A DNA stretch of 64,000 nucleotides, taken from assembly GCA_902768435.1 (NCBI GenBank), contig CACXLJ010000015.1, forward strand, positions 4,253 to 68,252, read 5' to 3'. Source of the stretch: an uncultured Bacteroidales bacterium. GTDB taxonomy: Bacteria > Bacteroidota > Bacteroidia > Bacteroidales > Muribaculaceae. Made by a program: the position numbers and the translations under genes. A model generated the notes under the pieces. That model saw nothing but the letters and a program-made list of their open reading frames with translations, had not been told where the DNA came from and did no database searches. Below are positions 8,701-18,300 of the stretch, piece after piece (positions within the stretch are counted from its first letter, which is position 1; each line of letters begins with the position of its first letter).

Positions 8701-8926
8701 GGCATCGGTGGGCTTCCATGCCGTTTGGGCTGGCTACTACATTGAACCGCGCTACATCATCGATCCCGAAGTGGGTCTGCTCACGGGTCTGCGTGGTCAT
8801 GGCTTCATGCTCGGTCAGTATTTTGCAAGACTCTATGTCGACAAGTATCTGGGCAAGTCTGTACCTGCCTACATGAAGGATCTTGCCATTGGCGGCAAGG
8901 GCTTGAGTGAGAACGCCTTCCAGTAA
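5705..8926 (+). CDS. Single-chain multi-module flavo-iron-sulfur dehydrogenase (2Fe-2S + Pyr_redox FAD + 2x4Fe-4S + BFD-like 2Fe-2S + DAO-type FAD); sarcosine oxidase / proline dehydrogenase / HcnABC-like
   Basis: CGIGKCGAC...C; GGGPAG; CLYGFACNPC...C / CIGCMQC...C; CHCE...RMGMGPCRGKRC; second GGGMAG. Confidence 0.85.
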   Translation: MYKIENHPIIDLPKEEYVEFKFEGRTVRGQKGKTIAAALHQAGLIVHSHSTTGRNRSLECGIGKCGACEMLVDGQVRRICITSVDGVKEVREIPKDYLPEGKARAASETKIYKTTVAIIGGGPAGLACREQLTALGIPNIVVDNNATEGGQFNMQTHQFFFFEKEQKFGGMRGFDIAKTLAGDNHDGILLNNTVWDLLEGRRIALKNIVTQEVSYIDADHLVVATGAVPFMPVFENDDVPGVYTAAVFQKMMNQEHTLLGKRVLTVGAGNIGYLTSYQAMQAGATIKAIIEGMDHEGGFPVQANRVRRLGIPIMTSHVLIRAIPNDDYTGVTGAVIAECKNFQPIPGTERVIDDIDIINICTGLIPDNQLLVKGRSVFGRNVYGAGDAVRIGEGTSAVLRGKQVAYEVAQELGIRFPYEDYLEVSRQYIDSQQRPVRLLDKPRIPSEERMALKPYVKINCLYGFACNPCTFSCPQGAISKPTTSSVPMVDYDKCIGCMQCVNHCPGLAIFGYDKRKNVVFLPVEYEVEEGKEVFLVDDNGAKVGEGVIEKVLKKDNKTNVARVKVDQVDELNQVNGFILKERYPEPLNLRPLTNPEEGKSFVCHCEDVDVKTLLAVIGDRKYISVDELKHTTRMGMGPCRGKRCVSRAKQILRAHGIEVTGDSTPRAPLANQVTLGDVYNGESKETFVFEHGSVIEKAETEIIVAGGGMAGSAAFRYFAEAGKRVVLVNYDRGSTWRCIGGGRPAFSNPDISDIAMHNLEIFRDDQQHCNIDLKMTRYVNLVHDDATYRSLDASRAWSEAYMIDRKDFTKKISPYWNPNDNIYSHALISENCWQATPGRTIDYVRTVGKQHGGEVLEDCEVLHVERVGAKYRVLVRRHDKHYVEYTCDHFVNAMGWGSEKFADMLGIDTQLYPVKHQAFITRRLPNMGVNGDSLDMIIDRRHYKGFNAVYGQQFLHTGQIIGCASPDCDAYEARQNLKYNSQAFLKIVSEMFAQWIPNLASVGFHAVWAGYYIEPRYIIDPEVGLLTGLRGHGFMLGQYFARLYVDKYLGKSVPAYMKDLAIGGKGLSENAFQ

Positions 8927-8980
8927 ACAATCGTCAGCAATCGGCTTGGCCGATGTGACGAACATATCCTAACGCAAAGT

Positions 8981-9008
8981 GCCCCCGAAATCATTGAACT
9001 TCGGGGGT
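8981..9008 (+). terminator. Probable intrinsic terminator hairpin
   Basis: gcccccgaa ... ttcgggggt, 55 nt after the stop codon; the U-tract is weak. Confidence 0.55.
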
Positions 9009-9155
9009 ATTGCATTTGTTGGGTTGAAACGGAACAGTTTTCGCACGAATTTTAATTATCAAAATCGAAATGGTTTTTGTTTAAAAAAAATGCAGTATAT
9101 TTGCACAATAAAAGCAAGATTGTGAAATAAATAACCGTTTTATATAAGTTTTATA

Positions 9156-12100
9156 ATGAAAAAGAAAATTTTGCTCATGCTTGTGCTGCTCATAGGAGCA
9201 GTGACGGGCGCGATGGCCGAAAAGACGCCACAGGTCATCTGGTGTGAAGGCAACGCCACCATGTATTTCACCAATTCCGATACGTTGTATGCCGCTGGCG
9301 ACACTTTGGCGACACTTACGACGGCAAGACCGTTACCAGCGTGTGGAGCGGTGTTTCTGTCACTAATGCCATTCCCGACGGTTATGGGATGCCGAAGTGG
9401 TATGATATTCGAAACGATGTCCTGACCGTTTGTTTCGATCCTTCGTTCAGCGACGTGAGACCAGTAAGCACCGAATCTTGGTTCGAAGAATTCCGATACC
9501 TTACTTCGGTTGAAGGCCTTGAGTATCTTAACACCAGTCAGGTGACGAGGACGGTTGACATGTTCTACAACTGCAAGTCGCTCGGCACGCTCGATGTCAA
9601 TTCTTTCGACCTTCATAAAGTGACTCATGCGTTGGCTATGTTTGGAAGTTGTGAGAACCTCACCACCATCTATTGCGACAACGACTGGAGCGAAATGTTT
9701 TCAGAAGAGCAATATATTTTCTGGAATTGCTACAAACTCAAGGGTGCTGTCAGTCACAGAAATTACGAACCCTATGTCACCAGCAGTATGGCAAACCCTG
9801 TGACGGGTTATTTCACCAAACGCTGGCCCATCAACTTCAACCTCATTGGCGGTGGTACCATAGTGGCAAGCGACGAGAATCCCTACACCAATCAGACCGT
9901 GACAGTGGCCCCTGTCCCCGATATGGGTAATGCTTTTTTTGATATATTAATTGCGAAAGACATCCTCCGCAATGAGTTGATTCCCTTCACCGATAACGGA
10001 AATGGCACCTACACATTCACGATGCCTCCCCACGAGGTTTATGTGGATGCTTGGTTCGCTGCCGCTACGCCACAAGCCATTTGGTGCAGCGGCAATTCAA
10101 CGCTCTACTTCACCAATCCCGTCCATCAGTATCAAGTGGGCGAGACCTTTGAAGGCCAGGAGGTGACGGCTGTGTGGAGCGGTGATGCCTTGACCGATAC
10201 AGGCACGGGAGCGCCCGGATGGAGTGATTACAGATCCAATGTCGCAAGTGTCGTTTTTAAACACGACTTCTATTATGTTCATCCTGAGAGTTTGTGTGAT
10301 TGGTTTCGAGATATGCCTAATCTGAGTGAGATTGTGGGCCTCGAGTATCTGAGCACCAGCCAGGCGGTGGACATGAGCCACATGTTCGCTGGCTGCAAGT
10401 CGATCCAGACCCTTGACCTCAACACCTTTGATGTCATGAGCAGCATCAACACCAGCAGCATGTTTGAAGGTTGTGAGAACCTCACCACCATCTATTGCGA
10501 CAAGACATGGGACCTCAGAGCGCTCAACTCGGCTAACATGTTCCTGGACTGCACCAAACTTAAAGGTGCCATTGCCTATGATAGCAACTGGACCAATGGC
10601 GCATTGGCGAATCCCGTGACAGGTTACTTCATGAAGCAGTGGACTTTGCATGTAGGCAATATAGAACACGGAACTGTTCTCCTCAGCGAAGCCACGCCCT
10701 ATACCCACGATTTGGTGACAATAACCGTGACGCCCGATGCTGGCTACCGCGTTAAAACTTTCACGCTGACTGGCGACTCAAGCGGATTCGACTATTATTT
10801 CACCGACAATGGCGACGGAACTTACTCGTTCGTCATGCCAGCCGAAGACGTCACCTTGTATGTGGAATTCTTCTGTCCGACGGCAAATGCCATCTGGTGT
10901 GAAGGCAACCAAACGCTTTACTTCGACTATGACTATGCCCCATCCCTAGGTAGCATCTATGACGGACATATAGTCACAAAATTGTGGACTGGTGACGATG
11001 TTGCCAACACCGAATTGAACGTTCCTAGATGGCGAAGTTACGCAAAAGACGTTAAGAAAGTCGTGTTCCAAACCACTTTCAGCACGGTGCGACCCAAAAG
11101 CCTTTATTATTGGTTCTGGAATATGTCAGAATTGGAGACGATTGAGGGCATTGAAAACCTGAATACCAGTGAGGTGACCAACATGTCCAGCATGTTCTTC
11201 GGTTGTGCGAAACTCACCAGTCTTGATGTCAATGGCTTTGATGTCGGAAAACTCCCCTCTACCATTTCGATGTTCCGCGCATGCACAAATCTCACCACCA
11301 TCTATTGCGACAAGACATGGAACAACCCCAACGCCAACAACATGTTCCTGGACTGTGTGTCACTTAAAGGTGCTGTTGCCTATAATGATACCCTGGTTAA
11401 CGGAGCAATGGCGAATCCCGAGACAGGTTACTTCACCGGCAAGTGGAACTTGAACGTCGGTGACCATGATCACGGAACCATTGAACTCGCCCAGTCATGG
11501 GCCTATACCAACGACACCGCTACCGTCTTCTTTACACCTGATGAGGGCTATGCCCTGTATGGTTGCGTTGTGAAGGGCGACAGGACTGGTAATGAGGTTG
11601 AGGTCACCATGGCCAACGACACCACTTGCACGTTTGTGATGCCTGCTGAGGCAGTCACTGTCAGCGCGTTGTTCCAATTGGCCAACGAGCCCTTTGTGGT
11701 GTGGTGTGACGATAACAAGACATTATATTTCGATTGCAGCTTGAAACCACATGTGGGTGACACCTACGATGGCCATTCGGTGACTTCAGTTTGGAGCGGC
11801 GAGCAGGTCACGGGAACAAGCATTTACTACCCTTCTTGGCATACCTCTGAAGTCCAAAAGGCGGTGTTCTCACCTGCTTTTGCCAATGTGCGTCCTAATG
11901 GTTGCGCCTACTGGTTCTATGGCTGTTCCGATTTGGAGGAGATAGAGGGATTGGAATACCTCAACACATCTGAGGTGACAACTATGGTTTGGATGTTCCG
12001 TGAATGTGGGTCCTTGAAAACGATTAACGTCAATAACTTCGACATGACCCATGTGACCGACGTCAACCATATGTTCTTTGATTGCTATGCTCTCACTACT

Positions 12101-12664
12101 ATTTACTGCAACAACACGTGGAATATTGATAATAGCACATCCATGTTCACCTACGACACGAAACTCGTAGGTGCCGTGCATTACAACAGCAATTTCCAAG
12201 ATGTCAGTATGGCCAATCCCAAGACGGGCTATTTCACCGGCAAGTGGGGCGTGAACATCCCATCGAGTTTTGAACACGGCACCGTCACTTGTGAGAAAGA
12301 CTGGGCCTACACCAACGAGACAGTCACACTCACCGTCATCCCCGATGAGGGCTACTCGCTCGAATCACTTACCGTTGAGGCCATCGATGACAGCGAGCCT
12401 TCGGGCACACCGAGCAAGTTGGAAATAGTTGTCACTCAGGGCGACGAGCCGGGCACCTACACCTTCAAGATGCCTGCCGCTCCAGTGACTGTCAATGCTG
12501 TCTTCTCCAAGACAATCGTCACTGGTGTTGATGACCTCAACGCCGACAATGTGAACCGCTCGGTGCGCTACTACGACCTCAACGGTCGCTATGTGGGCAC
12601 CTCGCTAGAGAAAGCCCCGCGTGGTATCTACATTACCAGCGACGGCCGCAAGGTTGTGAAATAA
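9156..12664 (+). pseudogene. BspA-like (DUF285-type LRR) surface protein, four LRR+Ig-like modules and a C-terminal sorting-type tail, frameshifted near the N-terminus
   Basis: ORF 9156-9425 (signal peptide) and ORF 9341-12664 are joined in frame by removing one copy of TGGCGACACTT (9296-9306 / 9307-9317). Four '(I/V)WC..N.T(L/M)YF' module starts; 'LEYLNTSQVT.M..MF' LRRs; tail 'TGVDDL...YYDLNGR...GIYI..GRKVVK'. Confidence 0.85.
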
Positions 12665-12732
12665 GCAACAGATTCACTATAGCGTTCATCGTGAAGGTTG
12701 AACCTCACGAGACGACATAGTGTGAGCAAGAT

Positions 12733-12769
12733 AATAAATGACGGCGTCATGCCGTCATTTATTTTTTTT
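12733..12769 (+). terminator. Intrinsic terminator
   Basis: aataaatgacggc-gtcat-gccgtcatttatt followed by a T run. Confidence 0.8.
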
Positions 12770-13014
12770 AGATGAATGTTAGGCCTATTTGCGTAGCAAG
12801 AATTTTTTTCAAAAAAAGTGTTTTTCACCCACTAAAAGGTGTGTGTTGAGGAACGATTTTTTGATGAAGATGAGAAAGGAAATGAAAAATGTGGGCTGAG
12901 TGAAGAAAAAATGTTGTAAATTTGTGGTTTGAAATCAAAATGAATGGGTGATTAGGCCGACATAACTGAAAATCAGAGTTCTAATCGCCGATTCGGGTAA
13001 AAAAAAGAACTGCA

Positions 13015-13644
13015 ATGAATGGCATAGGCAAATTATATTTCCGCTATGGAACGATGGGTTCGGCAAAGACGGCGATGCTGCTCACTCAGGCCTATAACTT
13101 TGAGGAGCGCGGCATGAACTACCTGTGCATGAAGCCCATCATCGACAACCGTGAGAAAGAGAATGTGATACGCTCGCGCATTGGCATCGAGCGCAAGTGT
13201 TCGTGGATTTATCCTGAAATGGACCTGTACAGGTTCCTGAAGGAGCAGTTCGAGCACTCGCTCGTGGTGAAGGACTGGATACTGATCGACGAGTCGCAGT
13301 TTCTCACGGCCGACCAGGTGGACCAGCTTGCCCGCGTGGTCGACGACTATGGAGTGAATGTGGTGTGCTACGGACTCAGGACCGACTTCCAGTCGCACCT
13401 GTTCGAGGGTTCGCGCCGCCTGCTGGAACTTGCCGACACAATCGACGAGATCAAGTCGACTTGCTCGTGTGGTCGCAAAACCATCATCAATGCCCGCATC
13501 GATGCGCAAGGCAACATTGTGACCGATGGCAACCAGGTGGAGATAGGTGGCGACGACAAGTATGTGTCGCTGTGCCGGCGCTGCTGGCGCAATCGCCGCA
13601 TCGAGAGCGCGTCGCGCAACACGCTCAAGTTCGAGGCCGAATAA
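13015..13644 (+). CDS. tdk: Thymidine kinase
   Basis: GTMGSAKT P-loop, LIDESQFL, YGLRTDF, Zn-binding CSC...CRRC. Confidence 0.95.
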   Translation: MNGIGKLYFRYGTMGSAKTAMLLTQAYNFEERGMNYLCMKPIIDNREKENVIRSRIGIERKCSWIYPEMDLYRFLKEQFEHSLVVKDWILIDESQFLTADQVDQLARVVDDYGVNVVCYGLRTDFQSHLFEGSRRLLELADTIDEIKSTCSCGRKTIINARIDAQGNIVTDGNQVEIGGDDKYVSLCRRCWRNRRIESASRNTLKFEAE

Positions 13645-13708
13645 TGAAGTATTATTTATAATTTTGGTGTAATCAACGACTCAAGAAGAGTCATAAAATA
13701 CTGAAGCA

Positions 13709-14617
13709 ATGAAAAAAGTGGCATACAAAGACCTGATTCTGATGGTGCTGGGTTTGGCGCTCATGTCGTTTGGCTATGCGGCGTTCATCCTGCCCGAGAA
13801 TATCGTCACAGGTGGTGTGGCGGGTATCTCGTCGATCATCTATTTTGCAACAAACCACGGCATCAATATTGCAATTCCCAACTATTTGATTAATGTGTTG
13901 TTGCTTGTGATAGCCTACCGCACCGTGGGCAAGTCGTTTGTGGTTCGCACCATTATAGGTGCAACCATTTTCAACATTCTGCTGGGTATTCTCACCCCGC
14001 TGTTCACGCACCCCATTGTCAACGGTCAGCCATTTATGAGTGTGATCATAGGTGCTGTGTTCGGTGGTGTGGGTCTGGGCATCACCTACACGCACAACGG
14101 CAGCAGTGGCGGCACCGATGTGGTGGCGGCCATGGTGAGCAAGCACAGCAATGTGTCGTTTGGTCGCGTGATGATGTATTGCGACCTCATCATCATCTCG
14201 TCGTCGTGGTTCCTGTTCCACAACATCGAGACCATGGTGTTTGGCTATGTTTATCTCATCATCTTCTCGATAGTGACCGATATGGTCATTAACAACCGCA
14301 ATCAGGCCATGCAGTTCCTCATCTTCAGCGAGAAGTGGCAGGAGATTGCCGACGAAATCAACACCGAGGCGCATCGTGGCTGCACGGTGCTCGATGGCAT
14401 AGGCTGGTTTACCAAGCAGGATGTGAAGATTGTGCTGGTGCTTTGCCGCCGCTTCGAGAGCGCTCATGTGCAGCGCATCATCAAGAGCGTTGACATGGTG
14501 AAGCGTCAATCAATCCTCCTACAACGCCTGAGGTTTGATCCCTTGATAAAGGAATGCATAAAAAATGCTTTTGACCCGGTGGGCCAAAAGCATTTTTTTC
14601 GTGTTGTGTTTCTTTAA
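13709..14617 (+). CDS. YitT family membrane protein with an apparently replaced C-terminus
   Basis: 'TGGVAGI', 'GSSGGTD', 'GCTVLDGIGWF'. After ...IIKSVD (~14494) the sequence is not YitT-like and reads through a terminator hairpin. Confidence 0.85.
   Translation: MKKVAYKDLILMVLGLALMSFGYAAFILPENIVTGGVAGISSIIYFATNHGINIAIPNYLINVLLLVIAYRTVGKSFVVRTIIGATIFNILLGILTPLFTHPIVNGQPFMSVIIGAVFGGVGLGITYTHNGSSGGTDVVAAMVSKHSNVSFGRVMMYCDLIIISSSWFLFHNIETMVFGYVYLIIFSIVTDMVINNRNQAMQFLIFSEKWQEIADEINTEAHRGCTVLDGIGWFTKQDVKIVLVLCRRFESAHVQRIIKSVDMVKRQSILLQRLRFDPLIKECIKNAFDPVGQKHFFRVVFL
14560..14598. terminator. Bidirectional terminator (ferredoxin / yitT side)
   Basis: aaaaaatgcttttg ... caaaagcatttttt inverted repeat. 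Confidence 0.75.
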
Positions 14618-14788
14618 TTATTCGCCTGGAGCAATTGCGCCTGTGGGGCAAGCTTCAGCGCATGTGCCACAATCGATGCAGGTATCGGGATCGATTGCAT
14701 AGATGTCACCTTCGTTGATTGCGCCTGTGGGGCAAACACTCTGGCAAGTTCCACATGCTACACAAGTGTCATTAATTACGTATGCCAT
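14618..14788 (-). CDS. 2[4Fe-4S] ferredoxin, 56 aa (below the ORF-track cutoff)
   Basis: MAYVINDTCVACGTCQSVCPTGAINEGDIYAIDPDTCIDCGTCAEACPTGAIAPGE; two CxxCxxCxxxCP motifs. Confidence 0.95.
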   Translation of the reverse strand: MAYVINDTCVACGTCQSVCPTGAINEGDIYAIDPDTCIDCGTCAEACPTGAIAPGE

Positions 14789-14996
14789 TTCTCACAAATT
14801 TAAAATTAATACTAGTAGTAAACTGGGGGCAAAAGTAGTGAAATATTTTGAATATTCTCCACATTTTCGGTTTTTTTTGAAAAATTTTTTTCCAAGCTCT
14901 GCAAAAGAACGATTTCAGTGCATCGAATCTTGATTTTTTGTTAGATTGTTTGTAACTTTGAAGGTTTAAAAATATCAGTGTTTTTTTAAAAAATAT

Positions 14997-15341
14997 ATGA
15001 CTGAAGACTGGAAAGCAAAACTGGGGGCCGCCTTTAATGTGGAGGTGAATGACGAACCCGCTGAGCCTGTTGCCGAACAACCGCAGAGTGCTGTGGCGCA
15101 GCAGGGCGGTGCTATGGTGAATGTGCTGCTCGACAAGAAAGGTCGCAACGGCAAGAAGGTGACGCTTGTAGTGGACCTGAAGTGTGACGAGGAAACGCTC
15201 AAGGACCTTGCCTCGACGCTCAAGAAGCGTTGCGGTGTGGGCGGTTCGGCACGCGGTGGCGAGATACTGATTCAAGGCGACTTCAGGACCCAGGTTGTGG
15301 CGCAGCTCAAGGAGATGGGCTTCAAGGCTCGTATTATATAA
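14997..15341 (+). CDS. Translation initiation factor SUI1/YciH family
   Basis: 'LDKKGRNGKKVTLV...LKKRCGVGGS...ILIQGDFR'. Confidence 0.9.
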   Translation: MTEDWKAKLGAAFNVEVNDEPAEPVAEQPQSAVAQQGGAMVNVLLDKKGRNGKKVTLVVDLKCDEETLKDLASTLKKRCGVGGSARGGEILIQGDFRTQVVAQLKEMGFKARII

Positions 15342-18300
15342 TGAAAGATAGAATGAACAACATGAATCAAAATTTAACGCAACACCAAAACAAGGGACTG
15401 CAAGTGATTAAGGCGTCGGCGGGTTCGGGCAAGACCTACACGCTGGCAAAGCTCTACATTGAGCAACTGCTGTGGCGCACCGACCCCGAGACAGGCGCCA
15501 CCACGCTGCGCACCAAGGAGAAGAACTATCACGAGCACATCCTTGCCATCACCTTTACCAACAAGGCCACCGACGAGATGAAGCGGCGCATTGTTGATGA
15601 ACTGTATAAACTGTGGCAAGGCCAGAGCAAGTATATGAAAGATTTTCTTGCCCGGCACCAGGACAGCGAACAGCAGATTCAAGAGGCAGCCCACAAGGCG
15701 CTCAAGGAAGTGCTGTTCAATTACCAGAATTTTCATGTGAGCACCATCGACTCGTTTTTCCAGACGGTGCTGCGCACTTTTGCTCACGAGCTGGATTGCG
15801 ACTATGACTATGAGCTGCAGCTCGATGAGAAATATGCCATTGGGGTGGCGGTGCGCAAGTTCTTGATGAATCTGGGCAAGGAAAAGGCCAATGAACACAT
15901 CAGCAAGTGGGTGAAGGAATTTGTCAAGGATGATGTGGTAAACAATGGCGAGTGGAACTTCTTTAGCGGCCGGGTGATATCAAACCTGAAAAAGCTTGCC
16001 GAGGCCATGAACATGGAGGCGTTTGTGAAGTGTCGCACGGAATTGCTCAACTATCTGCAACACAGCGGTCCAGGATTGTCGCCCATACAGCAGTTCAAGC
16101 AAGCGGTGCTCAATGCAGCCCAACGCTATAAGGATGCGTATGCGGGCAAGCCGGGAACGGGTTTGTCGCCCGACGATTTCGGGAATTTGCTGTCGAGGCA
16201 CTCTCTCGACGAGAGCAACTTGGCATCAAGATCGGCTCTGCGCTACCTGCTGACTGAGCGCGACCCCGAAGCTGAGTTGAACAAGACATTAATTGGTTAC
16301 ACTTTAGATGATATAGCGAATCCCAAAAAGTGCTTCAAGGGCGATGTGTCGCCCTCGGCGTGCGAGGCTATCATAGACTTCCGCGACAGTGTGATTCAGT
16401 CGTTGAATTGCAGCAAGGCGTTGAACGGCCTGGTGAATCGCATATGGCAGCTGGGAATGCTCGCCAAGATTGACGAACAGCTCGAGAATTTCAGAAAAGA
16501 CAACAACTCGCTGCTCATTTCTGATACTAACGAACTCATCGCCACCGTGCTCGATAGCGGCGTGCCGTTCATGTACGAGCGCATGGGCACCTGGCTCAAC
16601 CACTTCATGATTGATGAGTTCCAGGACACGAGCCGCAAGCAGTATGACAATTTCACGCCGCTGCTCGACCAGAGTCTGGGAAGCGGTTACTCCAATCTCA
16701 TCATTGGTGATGAAAAGCAAAGCATTTACCGCTTCAGGAATAGTGACCCCGATTTGCTGCAATATGAACTGAAAAAGAAATACGGCCTACACTACGACGA
16801 CAGCCTTGCACTGGAGGTGAATTACCGCAGCTGCGAGAATATCGTCACATTCAACAATGTCTTTTTCGAGGCATTAATCAAAGCCTATGTGCAAAGCAAT
16901 GCACGCTTTGAGAAACTTGCCAATACCTATTCGCACCTCAAGCAGCTTTATAGCGGAAACTACGACAAGTTGGGCGTGAAAGGCTATGTGCGAGTCAATT
17001 ATGTTTATGATTTCAAGGACGGGCCAAAGCGACTCGATGCCGATGGCAATGCAATGAAAAGCAAGGACCAAATCCTGTCGCAGCTGCCCGCCTACATATT
17101 GAATCTTCATCAACAGCAGCAGATTGGGTACGAAGACATGCTCGTGCTGGTCAGCACGCACAGCGACGGCAATGCCGTGGTTGAGCGTCTGCTCGAGCAT
17201 AACCAGACAGCCGAACCTGGTGATGTGATCGATGTGGTGTCGGGCGAATCGCTGCGCTTGAAAAACTCGCCGGCAGTGCGTCTGGTGGTGAGCGTGTTGC
17301 GACTCATCGATGCTACACAATACAGCCGCATCGAGGATGACAGCGATGGGGTAGAGAAGTTGAGCAAGGAGGGATCGCGGTTGCTGGATCAGCGGCTATC
17401 GATGCAGTACCAGTACAGGGTGCTTCACGATTTTGTCAATGCCGTATCGGACCAGGCTGCTCAGCCCGACTGTGGCGATGCCCTTGCCAAATGTTTTGAG
17501 AAATGCAAGCATGTGCGCGAGTTGTCGGTGAATGAGCAGCTGGAATCTTTTGCCAACGACCTCACCGATGTGTTGCCGCAGACTAACAAGGAACTGATGT
17601 CGCTGGTGGGCGTTGTCGAGAAGATTATCGACAAATATGTGCTCACGCAGGGCCGTTTCTCGGCCAAGGCCAACGGAAAAGAGACCGATGAGAGTTCGTT
17701 CCTGATGGCATTTCAAGACTGCGTGATCAATTTCGCGCAGCAGGCCCAGTCGGGCGGCACGGTTCACGAGTTTCTGCGTTATTGGGACGAGCAGAGCGAC
17801 CACCTGTCGGTGCCCTCGTCTGAATCGAGCAAGGCCGTGAGCATCATGACCATTCACGCCGCCAAGGGGCTTGAACGCAAGTGCGTGATCATTCCCTTTG
17901 CCTGCTGGGACATGGTCACCTTCAATAAAACCGAGTGGGTTGAGAAGGATGTGTGGATGAGCAACGGGGATCCTGTGGCGGGAGTGGGTGCCGGCGGCAA
18001 CGATGCCATTGTGCCGCCGCTCATTCCGGTCGATGGCAATTTTCTGAAACTTTTCCCGCAGTTTGAGGACCATTTGGCCACAATCATGCAAGACTCGTTG
18101 ATCGACAATATCAACAAGACCTATGTGGCGTTTACGCGTCCTCGACAGCATCTGCACATTTTTGCCATTGTCTACCGCAAGGAGTGCGACATGCCCGAAT
18201 CGGCTGGCGACTGGCTCCATAAACTCATGCCGTCGCTCGATGATGTGTCCACTCACTACTTTGAGCCTGATGCCGATGTGTCGATCAGCAAGGACGGTGA

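Noticed and set aside
15230-15340. ORF-track start of the AddA-like gene at 15230
   Set aside because: It overlaps SUI1 in another frame with non-homologous residues; ATG 15341 coupled to the SUI1 stop is more plausible.
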